Shown here: piece by piece, positions 10,376 through 20,012 of the stretch | Layout: each line of letters starts with the position of its first letter | How positions within the stretch are numbered: the stretch's first letter is position 1 | Translations under genes and position numbers: made by a program | The notes under the pieces: generated by a model | Databases searched by the model: none | Seen by the model: the letters and a program-made list of their open reading frames with translations, nothing else | Told to the model about the DNA's origin: nothing | Source: Candidatus Dadabacteria bacterium | GTDB taxonomy: Bacteria > Desulfobacterota_D > UBA1144 > Nemesobacterales > CSP1-2 | Length of the DNA stretch: 46,343 nt | Assembly (NCBI GenBank): GCA_040289575.1 | Contig: PSLL01000001.1 | Coordinates: 120,096 to 166,438 of the forward strand | Reading direction: 5' to 3'

Positions 10376-10509
10376 AGTGAATCAGAATCGAGGTTGTATT
10401 TTCGAATTATATCTGTTACTTATACATCAAAATCAAACATAGATCCAAATTTTATATCTATCTACACTGAAAAATTCTGGTCAAACTTTGTATCTTGTGT
10501 TAGATTGCT

Positions 10510-10518
10510 TGTTATAGT
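10510..10518 (+). promoter_or_regulatory. Possible extended -10 promoter element (TGtTATAGT) upstream of the secreted esterase
   Basis: TGn-TATAGT in a 175-bp AT-rich gap, with TTGTAT 19 bp upstream of the hexamer. Could arise by chance in AT-rich DNA. Confidence 0.25.
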
Positions 10519-10550
10519 TGGGCTTAGAACAGAGCAGTGCGATGAGGTAG

Positions 10551-11978
10551 ATGAAGATGAATAAACTATGGTGTTTGTTTACTGTGCCCTTTTTCATATT
10601 ATCGGTGAAATATGGTTATGCTCAGTTTATTCCAAAGACCAACTGGAGTCTTAAGTATGTAGACAGTCAGGAGACAAGCTGTGGGAATTGGGCAGCAGTG
10701 AATTCATTTGATGGAAATACGGCTACGTTCTGGCATACACAGTGGTGTACATCAAATCCTCCACCACCGCATGAGATACAGATAAACCTTGGTGGGATGT
10801 ATAACATAAGTGGATTTCAGTATCTACCTAGAGGGGACGGTAGTGCGAATGGTCGAATAGGTCAGTATGAGTTTTATGTAAGCACAGATGGGAGAGGTTG
10901 GGGGACACCTGTTGCTACAGGGACATTTGCAAATGATGGTACACAGAAGACAGTTTCATTTACATCAGTGAGTGGGCAGTATGTGAGATTGAGGGCACTA
11001 TCTGAGGTCAATGGAAACCCATGGACCTCAATGGCTGAACTGAATGTTCTAGCTCCCTGCATAACCCCTCTTGCTAAGATTATACAGCCTCAGAATAATC
11101 TCTTACAGACATCGTCAACTTCAGTTAGTGTAAACGCTAGTGCCTGTGGCTTAAATAGCGGTTGGGGAGTAAGATTTATTTTAGATGGAGGACCCACAAA
11201 TGGAGGGGCGCAGTTTGACGATTATACCTCGCCTTTTGGAGTAATATTTACAAACCTGGCCAAGTCGGAGCATCTTATTGATGTCTTCATAATTGATAAC
11301 TCTGGTAATCTAGTCTCTGGTAATGGGACACATGATCGAGTAAAGGTTGGTATAGGGAACTATTATGTTGCCGTGGGTGATAGTATTACAGACGGGTTTA
11401 GAGATGATATAACTTCGGATGGTATCTCTCAGGATGGTAGAAATATAGGAGGGTATGAACCAATACTGAACAATCTTTTAACAAACAGAAAGGTGTATCC
11501 ACAAACTGTTGTTAATAAGGGTATTGGAGGAACTACATCTTCTAATGGGGCGTCCTCAATTGCATCTGTTCTAGCAAGTAATCCAGATGCTCAGTACTTT
11601 CTCATTGAATATGGAACCAATGATGCAAGCATCCCTGTTCCAAGTGGATTAGGTCTACATTCCGGGGATCCAGGATATCCTGGAACATTCAAAGCCAATA
11701 TGCAGCAAATCATAACATCAATTAAGAATGCCGGGAAGTTGCCTTATTTGGCAAAGGTACCTTACTCAACGGGTCAGTACAGTGGAAGAAACTCACTATA
11801 TCAGACTTATAATCAGGTTATAGATGAACTGGTGAGCGAAAACAACATAAGTGTAGTGCCTCCCGATTTTTATACCTATTTTCAGAACAATCAAACTCAG
11901 CTTTCTTCCGACGGTTTGCACCCTAATGGAATAGGGTATCAGGGTATGGCTAATCTATGGTTTAATGCTTTACCATAA
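10551..11978 (+). CDS. Secreted F5/8 type C (discoidin/CBM32) + Ig-like + SGNH/GDSL hydrolase
   Basis: Signal peptide ending YGYA|Q; FDGNTATFWHT..PHEIQINLG..YVRLRALSE (F5/8); GDSIT, GIGG, GTND, DGLHPN (SGNH blocks). Confidence 0.85.
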   Translation: MKMNKLWCLFTVPFFILSVKYGYAQFIPKTNWSLKYVDSQETSCGNWAAVNSFDGNTATFWHTQWCTSNPPPPHEIQINLGGMYNISGFQYLPRGDGSANGRIGQYEFYVSTDGRGWGTPVATGTFANDGTQKTVSFTSVSGQYVRLRALSEVNGNPWTSMAELNVLAPCITPLAKIIQPQNNLLQTSSTSVSVNASACGLNSGWGVRFILDGGPTNGGAQFDDYTSPFGVIFTNLAKSEHLIDVFIIDNSGNLVSGNGTHDRVKVGIGNYYVAVGDSITDGFRDDITSDGISQDGRNIGGYEPILNNLLTNRKVYPQTVVNKGIGGTTSSNGASSIASVLASNPDAQYFLIEYGTNDASIPVPSGLGLHSGDPGYPGTFKANMQQIITSIKNAGKLPYLAKVPYSTGQYSGRNSLYQTYNQVIDELVSENNISVVPPDFYTYFQNNQTQLSSDGLHPNGIGYQGMANLWFNALP

Positions 11979-11995
11979 TATGGAGGTAAATAGGA

Positions 11996-12391
11996 ATGAA
12001 AAGAAGATTACTATATTCGATCTTGGTTTCTTTGCTAGTTAATGGCAATTTAGTGTTTGCAGCGGAAGGGGTGGGTCCGGTTAGTACAGTGATTCAATTT
12101 TATAAAGCCTCTAAGAATGGAGATATAGAAACAATGAAACGGTTTATTTCCGGATCATTTTATAACCGCAGGAAGGTTCTGTTAGAAGAAAACAAAGAAT
12201 ATCCAAATTTTTTGAGGCAGCACTATCAGGGGACTAAAATACGAGTGGTTAATTCTAATATAACAAAGGATAATGCAGTGGTAGATATAAGTATAGAATT
12301 TCCCGATGGGAGCATAGATGTCAATAGTTTGCTTCTTAAGAAAGATGCGAGTGGCATTTGGAGAATAGTAGATGAGAAAATGAGTCAGTAA
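11996..12391 (+). CDS. Small exported protein, DUF4878/NTF2-like
   Basis: Signal peptide VFA|A; P..TV.QFYKA...GD; C-terminal LKKD..G.WRI; GGAGG SD. Confidence 0.6.
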   Translation: MKRRLLYSILVSLLVNGNLVFAAEGVGPVSTVIQFYKASKNGDIETMKRFISGSFYNRRKVLLEENKEYPNFLRQHYQGTKIRVVNSNITKDNAVVDISIEFPDGSIDVNSLLLKKDASGIWRIVDEKMSQ

Positions 12392-12598
12392 ACTCCTCAA
12401 ATGCTCTACGAAAAATACATTAATAAAAACGGATTGAATAATTCTGGTAAAAAGAGTAAAGGTTTTTCTCCCTTCCCGATCTAGATCCTTGTATATAAGT
12501 ATTGCCTACATCTTGCGATACCAAATGTTCGAATATTTTAATGCTACTACGGCCCTCGAAATTAAGGGGGATCGTGGTATTAATCATCTATTAAAAAT

Positions 12599-13846
12599 AT
12601 GAGTTATAATAGAAGTGACACAAAACCTAGGGTATGCCTTCTAACCGAAGTTTTTTATCCCGTAGTGGGTGGTTCGATAACTCATGCTCAAATGCTTTCT
12701 GAAAAGTTGATTGAAAACGGAGTGGATTTATTTGTTCTAACTAGGCGAGTTACTTCAGATTTAAAAGAATACGAGATGATAGGAAAAATCCCAGTATATA
12801 GGGTAAAGCCTTCTGGATTTAAGAGATTCGGTAAGTACTTAATGACGATTCCGGCTTTTTGGAATCTATTAAAAAAGCGCAATGAGTATAATGTCATATA
12901 CGTTTGCGGAATTAGGATTCTGGGACTTGTAGCGGTATTAATTTCGGTCCTCTTGGGAAAGAAGTGCGTTTTACGTTTGGAGATTTCTGGCGAGATGTCA
13001 GGGGACTATATAAGACACGAAATTTCCGAAGAAAGGAAGTTGTTTCTCAAATTCATTGAAGTTGTTCTTGTACTACGAAATGGAGTACTCAAAAAATCCG
13101 ATTCATTCATAAGTATAAGCAGGGCAATTGAGAATGAGCTGCTTTGGTGTTGTGTTGATCCTTCGAAAATTAAGTACATTCCTAATGGAATTGATACTGC
13201 CAGATTTTCACCCGTAGATGGAAATAAAAAATCTATGTTGCGAGAGAAGTTAAATATTCCAACAAAAAAGTTAATATTTCTATATACCGGTAGGTTAACT
13301 AAAATAAAGGGATTAGAGTTACTCTTAAGAGTATGGAAGAGGCTCGTCCAAGAAGAGAAGGAGATACATTTAATTTTAGTTGGTCCCGGGGAAAATCAAT
13401 TTTTATCGTGTGAATATGAGCTAAAGCAATTTGTAAATAAATATAAATTGGAAGATAGTGTAACCTTTACTGGATCTGTTGAAAATGTCTTTGAATATCT
13501 TCAATGTTCGGATTATTTTGTTATTCCATCAGAAAGCGAAGGATTGCCAATTTCTCTTCTAGAAGCAATGTCGTGTGGATTGCCTTGTATTGCTACAAGT
13601 GTTGGCGGAATACCGGATCTTATTGAAAATGGGGAAAATGGTAAGTTGGTGAAAGTCGGTGACGAAGAGGGAATATACAATGCCATTGTTGAGTTGATAA
13701 GAAACAGGGAAATAGCAAGGATAAGGGGGGAGAAAGGAAGAAAAACAGTGGTAGAACGATTTAGCATTGATTCAATTGTAAACGAACATATAAGACTTTT
13801 TTCTTCTCTTCTTAATGCTAGAGAGAAGCAAAAAGCTCGTTTTTGA
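12599..13846 (+). CDS. Glycosyltransferase family 4
   Basis: FYPVVGG, IPNGID, GRLTKIKG, PSESEGLPISLLEAMSCGLP. Confidence 0.93.
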   Translation: MSYNRSDTKPRVCLLTEVFYPVVGGSITHAQMLSEKLIENGVDLFVLTRRVTSDLKEYEMIGKIPVYRVKPSGFKRFGKYLMTIPAFWNLLKKRNEYNVIYVCGIRILGLVAVLISVLLGKKCVLRLEISGEMSGDYIRHEISEERKLFLKFIEVVLVLRNGVLKKSDSFISISRAIENELLWCCVDPSKIKYIPNGIDTARFSPVDGNKKSMLREKLNIPTKKLIFLYTGRLTKIKGLELLLRVWKRLVQEEKEIHLILVGPGENQFLSCEYELKQFVNKYKLEDSVTFTGSVENVFEYLQCSDYFVIPSESEGLPISLLEAMSCGLPCIATSVGGIPDLIENGENGKLVKVGDEEGIYNAIVELIRNREIARIRGEKGRKTVVERFSIDSIVNEHIRLFSSLLNAREKQKARF

Positions 13847-13877
13847 TGAAACCTACGGCACTGTGGAGGTTAAGTAA

Positions 13878-15848
13878 GTGTTTAGAAATGAAGTCCGTAA
13901 TATAAAAGTTTTCCAATTAATATTCCTCTTTCTTGGAATCTTAACTATTGTTTTAGGACTTTATGCTACTGAATTCCGGCTTACACAATTTGTAACTAGC
14001 CACTTATCCACACATAAGGTGTTGTCTGAACGCACTATATCGCTTTTACATAGATTTAGAATTATGATTTTCCTATCGAGTGCTATATTAGTTTTATTGT
14101 CAATAATAGCGGGATATGTTGCAGTGTTAAAAGACTATATTATTAAGAAGATTGAATCGGGACATCTAGTTGAAAAGACTATTTCTTCCATAGGGAGGTT
14201 TTTAGATTTAATCTATGCCATAGGAACTAATGAAAAATTTCTTTTGTGCTTGTTGGTATTAATATTTATAATTTTCCTCCCTCTTGATGTTTTCTTGTCT
14301 CCGTGGGGTGGTTTTCACTCCGAAGGTATCAACCTACAGCTGCCAAAGAATCTTGCAAGGCATGGAATTTATGCGACTCTAACCACAAGAGGATTTGATG
14401 AGTTTACTTATAGAGTTTCGGCGGGACCGGGCATATTAATACCAATTGCCATTGTTTTTAAACTCTTTGGGATTAGTAACTACCATAGCCGAATGCTCTA
14501 TGCCGCATTTATCGTCTTAACAGCAATTGTGTTTTATTATGTGGCTCGTAACTTATATGGTAGGAAAGTATCACTCCTTGCATTGTTGTTATTTGTCTTT
14601 CAAAACGGAGCGTTTTCGGGGATAATGGGTGCGGATGCATATACGCCAGCCCTCTTCTACTTCTTAGTGGCCGCTCTATTTTGGTTTAAAGCAGTAGAGA
14701 CAAAAAAGAATATCTATCTTATTATAAGCGGTCTTTTTTGGGGCTTATCTTTTCAAACACAATGGCTCTTTCTATTTGCGATTTTTGCTGTGATTGTAAC
14801 ATGTATTATTCTTAGCTTATCTAAAAAGGGTTTAGGAAGCAAATATTATCTTATTCCATCCTGTATGGTCTTTTTAGTTACCATGGCTTGGTTCATTTTT
14901 CGTATATATAATGTTGGACTTAGACAAGAACTAATTCATTTGGAAGAATTTTGGAGAGAGCATGGACATAGGGCATTTGGAGCTAATACTGAGCAGGGGG
15001 TGATTTCTTCAATTTTGGCTTTTGCTCGTCCTATTGTCTCCCTTTCTCAGATCGACTTATGGGGCGAATTGCAGTTATTTTTGATTATCCCTGCCATTTT
15101 GTATGTAATCATTCTAATAGTCAGAAGCAGGATGTCAGATTACAGGAGTCTATTTTTTATAAGTTTTACTCTGATATGGTTTACCTGGTGGCTGTTATTT
15201 AATTATGACCTTCCCGAAACTCATCTCAGTATTGTTATCCTAATGTCTCAGCTTTTTATTGCCAAACTCCTATATGATATTTGGCGGTGTTCATCAGCAC
15301 ATAAGGACAGTTTTCTTGACTTGGTAAAGAATAAAAAGACGCAGGAAGCCTCTTTATCTTATGTACTGAAGATAATAATCATATGTATTGTCTTAGGAAA
15401 TACCGTGCTTCCTTTCGCTAGGGATATAGGGGACTTATATAATTATAATTTGACATTAACGAAACCGGAAAAAGAAATGATGAGATATATAAGAGAAAAT
15501 ACTGAAGCAGATGCCGTATTTTCCGGTTGGAATTGGAGTATGCCATGGTATGTAGACCTTGATGATGCTGGAGACCACATTATTAAGGATAGATCTACAT
15601 ATCCACCACAGCAGCGTGAATCTGTTCCGGAATACTTTATAGTCTCTCCTGAGTGGCCATTACTTAAAGTTACCGATAAATGGCCTTCTGTAGTTAATGA
15701 AAGCAGCAGTAGTATTAAACTGAATGAGGCACGTAAGAGGTTCTTAGAGGAAAATTGTACTTTAGTAAAGGTCTTTGGTGGCGATAAGCATAAGTGGCTT
15801 TTATATAAGGTCAATAACGATAAACTCGTCCAATCACATCAGAAGTAA
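13878..15848 (+). CDS. GT-C fold membrane glycosyltransferase (ArnT/PMT-like) #1
   Basis: Polytopic membrane protein; SEG acidic loop, then GP..L.P....FKLFG; SGLFWGLSFQT; soluble C-terminal domain. Confidence 0.7.
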   Translation: MFRNEVRNIKVFQLIFLFLGILTIVLGLYATEFRLTQFVTSHLSTHKVLSERTISLLHRFRIMIFLSSAILVLLSIIAGYVAVLKDYIIKKIESGHLVEKTISSIGRFLDLIYAIGTNEKFLLCLLVLIFIIFLPLDVFLSPWGGFHSEGINLQLPKNLARHGIYATLTTRGFDEFTYRVSAGPGILIPIAIVFKLFGISNYHSRMLYAAFIVLTAIVFYYVARNLYGRKVSLLALLLFVFQNGAFSGIMGADAYTPALFYFLVAALFWFKAVETKKNIYLIISGLFWGLSFQTQWLFLFAIFAVIVTCIILSLSKKGLGSKYYLIPSCMVFLVTMAWFIFRIYNVGLRQELIHLEEFWREHGHRAFGANTEQGVISSILAFARPIVSLSQIDLWGELQLFLIIPAILYVIILIVRSRMSDYRSLFFISFTLIWFTWWLLFNYDLPETHLSIVILMSQLFIAKLLYDIWRCSSAHKDSFLDLVKNKKTQEASLSYVLKIIIICIVLGNTVLPFARDIGDLYNYNLTLTKPEKEMMRYIRENTEADAVFSGWNWSMPWYVDLDDAGDHIIKDRSTYPPQQRESVPEYFIVSPEWPLLKVTDKWPSVVNESSSSIKLNEARKRFLEENCTLVKVFGGDKHKWLLYKVNNDKLVQSHQK

Positions 15849-15990
15849 GAGGTAAGTTTTTATCAACTGATGAGATCAATTTATTGTTTATTTCTTCTTT
15901 TATAAAGGTTGTTTCATTGCTTGATAATCCTTAGTTATTAACAGACGTCTATAGACTCCAGAATTTAGTGGGGTAGACCTGAGAAGAATT

Positions 15991-16977
15991 ATGAAGAAGA
16001 GTAGTACCAGGCTATGGATAAGCATATTAGCTAGTGCATTGTTCATAGTATTGACACTATATAAGGTTGATTTCCAAAAAACCGGAGAGGCTCTCGAGAC
16101 AGCCAATTATATATATCTTCCATTGGGAGTGATGTTGAGTCTACTGACGAATATCATTCGTAGTTACCGCTGGAAATATGTCCTTAATCCAATTCAAAAA
16201 ATCAGTATTCTGAGTGTTTTCTCCGTGGTATCCATTGGATATATGGCGAATAACATCTTGCCAGCAAGGTTAGGAGAATTTGTAAGGGCTTATATAATAG
16301 GCAAAAAAGAGGGGATAAGTAAAAGTACAACCCTTGCTACAATTGTTGTTGAACGAATATTTGATGGTTTAACACTACTATTTTTTTTAACTCTTATCTC
16401 GTTGTTTTTCCCATTGCCCCTTTGGATAAAACGCGTTGGATTTGCCGCCACCGTGTTTTTCTTATCGTTATCGGTTTTTTTACTTATCTTAATGTTCAAA
16501 AAGACAATAGGAATACGATTAGTAGAACGAGGTGTGAGTTTATTCTCTTCTTATATAGCACAAAGGGCTAGTCGCCTTATGGATTCTTTTTTATCCGGAT
16601 TAGTCATAATTAACCATAAAAAAGACATTTTGATGGCTTTTCTCTTCTCAGTTATCGCCTGGTTGGCGGAGGCAACGACCTATTATGTCATTGGTTTGTC
16701 TTTCGGTATTGATTTGCCTCTTTACGTGCCTGTGTTAACAGTTGTAATAGTAAACCTGGGAATAATGATTCCTTCGGCTCCGGGATATGTTGGCACCTTT
16801 GAATTCTTCTGTATTAGTGTGCTTGCCATATTCTCTGTGGAAAAGAGCATTGCTTTGAGTTTCGCTATAGTGCTTCATGCGGTGTTATTTATCCCTATAA
16901 CCATTGTTGGAATGATCTATTTTTGGAAGGAGAATTTAAGTTTTGCGGAAATTGATACGGTAAAATTGTCCCACTGA
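15991..16977 (+). CDS. Lysylphosphatidylglycerol synthase TM-domain / UPF0104 flippase-like protein
   Basis: RSYRW, NNILPARLGEFVR, VERIFD, PSAPGYVGTFE. Confidence 0.88.
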   Translation: MKKSSTRLWISILASALFIVLTLYKVDFQKTGEALETANYIYLPLGVMLSLLTNIIRSYRWKYVLNPIQKISILSVFSVVSIGYMANNILPARLGEFVRAYIIGKKEGISKSTTLATIVVERIFDGLTLLFFLTLISLFFPLPLWIKRVGFAATVFFLSLSVFLLILMFKKTIGIRLVERGVSLFSSYIAQRASRLMDSFLSGLVIINHKKDILMAFLFSVIAWLAEATTYYVIGLSFGIDLPLYVPVLTVVIVNLGIMIPSAPGYVGTFEFFCISVLAIFSVEKSIALSFAIVLHAVLFIPITIVGMIYFWKENLSFAEIDTVKLSH

Positions 16978-17026
16978 GATTTAGATACCCAGCTTTTATA
17001 AAAAACCATATGGGGGAGATATCAAT

Positions 17027-19135
17027 ATGAAGGCAATAGTTATACTAGGTGGAGGATTAGCAGGGTTAAGTACCGCCTGGCATTTAGAAAAGGCGGGGTA
17101 TAAATACCATCTTTTCGAGAAGGAATCAAGGGTGGGTGGGCTCACGCGTTCTGAAATCATTGAGGGTTTTACATTTGATTTTACTGGCCACCTTTTGCAT
17201 TTTAAGGATCAATATGTAAAGGACTTGATTCTACAGTTGCTCGGGGAGAATATTAATTATGTTGAGAGGAGTTCTTGGATCTTCTCAAAGAATGTCTATA
17301 CGAGATACCCTTTCCAGACCAATACATTTGGGTTGCCTGAGGAGGTTGTAAAAGAATGTATTATTGGTTTTGTTGAGGCTAAATATGGGAAAAATGGTGC
17401 AGATTTAAATAAAACTGTCTCCAAAGATGCCAGGGAAGACAAGACATTTGAAGATTGGATATACGAAAACTTTGGTCGTGGAATTGCAAAGCACTTTATG
17501 ATTCCCTATAACCAAAAGTTGTGGACTGTTCATCCAAGGGATCTCACATGCGACTGGATGGGCAGGTTTGTTCCCCAAACATCTTTGGAGCAAATACTCG
17601 ATGGTGCCCTTTCAGATCAATCGAAAAAAATAGGATACAACGCTTACTTCTATTATCCTCTTCAAGGTGGTATAGAGTCATTACCTAGGGCTTTTGCCTC
17701 TTCTCTTTCTAATATACATGTAGACAGTGAGGGCTGTGAAATAGACCTAAAGGAGAGAATGATTACTTTTAAGAACAGTGAGAAGATACACTACCATAAG
17801 CTTATATCATCTATCCCTCTACCTAGACTGGTAAGTATGATAAAGCCATTGCCAAGTCAGATCAGAGATTCAGTGCGGAATCTCCAGTATAACTCTGTTT
17901 TCGATATAAATTTGGGGATTAATAGAAATGTTAGTGATAAGCACTGGATCTATTTCCCTGAGCCGGAGTACGTATTCTATAGAGTTGGATTTCCAAGCAA
18001 CTTTTCTCCGTTTATGGCGCCTGAAGGAACTAGCTCTCTTTATATAGAGATTTCTTATTCTGATAATAAACCATTGGATAAGAAAATGGCTATTGAGAGG
18101 GCAAAAGAGGATCTTATAAAGGCCCACATACTTAGAGATTCAGATAGGATTTTAGTGGAAAAGTGCCTGGATATAAAATGCGCTTATGTGATTTATGATA
18201 GAAATCACAAGAGCACTGTAGCTCAAATAAAAGATTTCCTGAGAGAGAACGACATATACACCATTGGAAGGTACGGTTCTTGGGAGTATTCCGGTATGGA
18301 GGATGCCATGCTACAGGGAAGGGATTTAGCTAATAAAATAATCCATGAGGATAAGGAGGGCTATATTCTTAAACAACCTGAGCAAGCTCCCGTCGTTTCT
18401 ATAGTTATTCCTATCTATAAAGAAGAGAAGATACTTGAAGGCGCTGTTACAGAAATTATACAAGAGGCTGACAAACTCCAAATAGATTATGAATTATTAC
18501 TCTGTGAAAATGGCAGTCCCGATCGTACTGGAGAGATTGCAAACAGACTCTCTGTTACCTATCCTCAAGTACGGGTTGTCCGTTATCCTGAGCCGAACTA
18601 CGGAAAGGCATTGGAACTAGGAATTCTCAAGTCTATTGGCCAGTATATAGTCTGCTTTGAGATAGATTTTTGGGATGGGGCATTTATTGAAATCGCTAGG
18701 GTCTTGCTTAGGAAATACGATGCCGTCATTGGTTCAAAGAGGGCTAAAGGGGCTAGGGATAAACGACCGCTCATTCGTAGGATAATCACCCTTGGTTTTA
18801 ACCTGTTTTTAAGACTCTTTTTCGGTTTTCAGGGAACTGACACCCATGGTATAAAGGCATTTAGACGTGACAAGGCTATTGATATTGTTAAAGAGTGTAA
18901 AACCGGTAAGGATATTTTTGCTACCGAACTCATTTTGAGAATGGAGCGTGCAGGATTGTATATGTGCGAGATCCCACTCGAGATAGAGGAGAAAAGACCT
19001 CCTTCGATAAATCTCCTTAAGCGTGTACCAGGTACAATTAAAAACCTTATAAAACTTTGGAGAGTAACCAGAAATTTAAAACGTCCAGAAATTAAAAACC
19101 TGGAGCCTGTTCCAAAGATATCTAATAAAGCCTAG
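17027..19135 (+). CDS. Fusion of an FAD-dependent UDP-galactopyranose-mutase-like/HemY-fold flavoprotein (aa ~1-440) and a polyprenol-phosphate GT2 (aa ~456-702)
   Basis: GGGLAG FAD motif, FDFTGH, YPFQ, PYNQKLW, YP..GG, WIYFPE..FYR, GRYGSWEY; then SIVIPIYKEE, ENGSPD, NYGKAL, IGSK, DTHGIKAFRR in one uninterrupted frame. Confidence 0.8.
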   Translation: MKAIVILGGGLAGLSTAWHLEKAGYKYHLFEKESRVGGLTRSEIIEGFTFDFTGHLLHFKDQYVKDLILQLLGENINYVERSSWIFSKNVYTRYPFQTNTFGLPEEVVKECIIGFVEAKYGKNGADLNKTVSKDAREDKTFEDWIYENFGRGIAKHFMIPYNQKLWTVHPRDLTCDWMGRFVPQTSLEQILDGALSDQSKKIGYNAYFYYPLQGGIESLPRAFASSLSNIHVDSEGCEIDLKERMITFKNSEKIHYHKLISSIPLPRLVSMIKPLPSQIRDSVRNLQYNSVFDINLGINRNVSDKHWIYFPEPEYVFYRVGFPSNFSPFMAPEGTSSLYIEISYSDNKPLDKKMAIERAKEDLIKAHILRDSDRILVEKCLDIKCAYVIYDRNHKSTVAQIKDFLRENDIYTIGRYGSWEYSGMEDAMLQGRDLANKIIHEDKEGYILKQPEQAPVVSIVIPIYKEEKILEGAVTEIIQEADKLQIDYELLLCENGSPDRTGEIANRLSVTYPQVRVVRYPEPNYGKALELGILKSIGQYIVCFEIDFWDGAFIEIARVLLRKYDAVIGSKRAKGARDKRPLIRRIITLGFNLFLRLFFGFQGTDTHGIKAFRRDKAIDIVKECKTGKDIFATELILRMERAGLYMCEIPLEIEEKRPPSINLLKRVPGTIKNLIKLWRVTRNLKRPEIKNLEPVPKISNKA

Positions 19136-19191
19136 TGAGGGGAGATAATTTTACCTTAGGCAAAGTCAGAGAATAGGTGAAAGGAGTAGTA

Positions 19192-20010
19192 ATGATAAAC
19201 GCTATGACTGTCGACCTTGAGGATTGGTACCATAGCATAGACTCTATACCATTCCATGATTGGGATATTTATGAGTCTCGAATAGAGGCTGATACTTATA
19301 AGATTCTTGAGATTTTTAATCAATTTGAGTTAAGAGCAACATTTTTTGTACTGGGATATGTGGCTGAAAGGCATCCGGCATTGGTAAAAGAGATTCACTC
19401 CATAGGGCACGAGATAGCAACACACGGGTATTCTCATAGCCTTATCTATCGTCAAACCCCTAAGGAATTTAGGGAGGATCTACGTAGATCCATTAGAGCA
19501 ATAGAAGATATAACTCAGCGGAGTGTCTTAGGGTACAGAGCTCCATACTGGACAATTACCACGGAGTCTTACTGGGCTTTGGATATTCTTCAAGAGGAGG
19601 GTATAAAATATGATTCGAGTATCTATCCGGTAAAGACTTATCTCTATGGTATTCCCGGTGCTCCTGTATATCCATATGTTGTTAAAGAAAGTGACGGTAA
19701 CAAATTAATTGAGTTTCCTCCCTCGACGGTTACTATTTGCGGGATAAGGGTACCAATAGCTGGTGGCTTTTATATGAGGGCACTTCCCTCTTGGCTTATA
19801 CACTGGGGAATTAAAAGAATTAATAAAGAGGGTCAACCCGCTATAGTATATATACACCCGCCTGAGTTTGACCCACTAAAGCCCGTTGTAAAATTACCGT
19901 TTAGGGAGAGAATCTTGCATTATTACAACCTGGATGTGATGGAGAGGAAGCTCAGGGCATTACTCTCAGAGTTTAGATTTGACTCTGTAAGGGAATTGCT
20001 AAGATTATAG
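19192..20010 (+). CDS. Polysaccharide deacetylase (CE4) with DUF3473-type C-terminus, like the PEP-CTERM/XrtA-locus subfamily
   Basis: TVDLEDWY, ATFFVLG, HEIATHGYSH, GYRAP, YDSS, GGFYMR, YIHPPEFD. AAGGAG SD supports ATG 19192. Confidence 0.9.
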   Translation: MINAMTVDLEDWYHSIDSIPFHDWDIYESRIEADTYKILEIFNQFELRATFFVLGYVAERHPALVKEIHSIGHEIATHGYSHSLIYRQTPKEFREDLRRSIRAIEDITQRSVLGYRAPYWTITTESYWALDILQEEGIKYDSSIYPVKTYLYGIPGAPVYPYVVKESDGNKLIEFPPSTVTICGIRVPIAGGFYMRALPSWLIHWGIKRINKEGQPAIVYIHPPEFDPLKPVVKLPFRERILHYYNLDVMERKLRALLSEFRFDSVRELLRL

Positions 20011-20012
20011 AG

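Noticed and set aside
17027..18350. Protoporphyrinogen oxidase (hemY) call
   Set aside because: Same fold, but the motifs and the GT2 fusion fit a nucleotide-sugar mutase-like protein better, and no heme genes are nearby.
19192..20010. Complete PEP-CTERM/exosortase system
   Set aside because: The deacetylase and asnB resemble genes of such loci, but no exosortase or PEP-CTERM tail is visible in the window.
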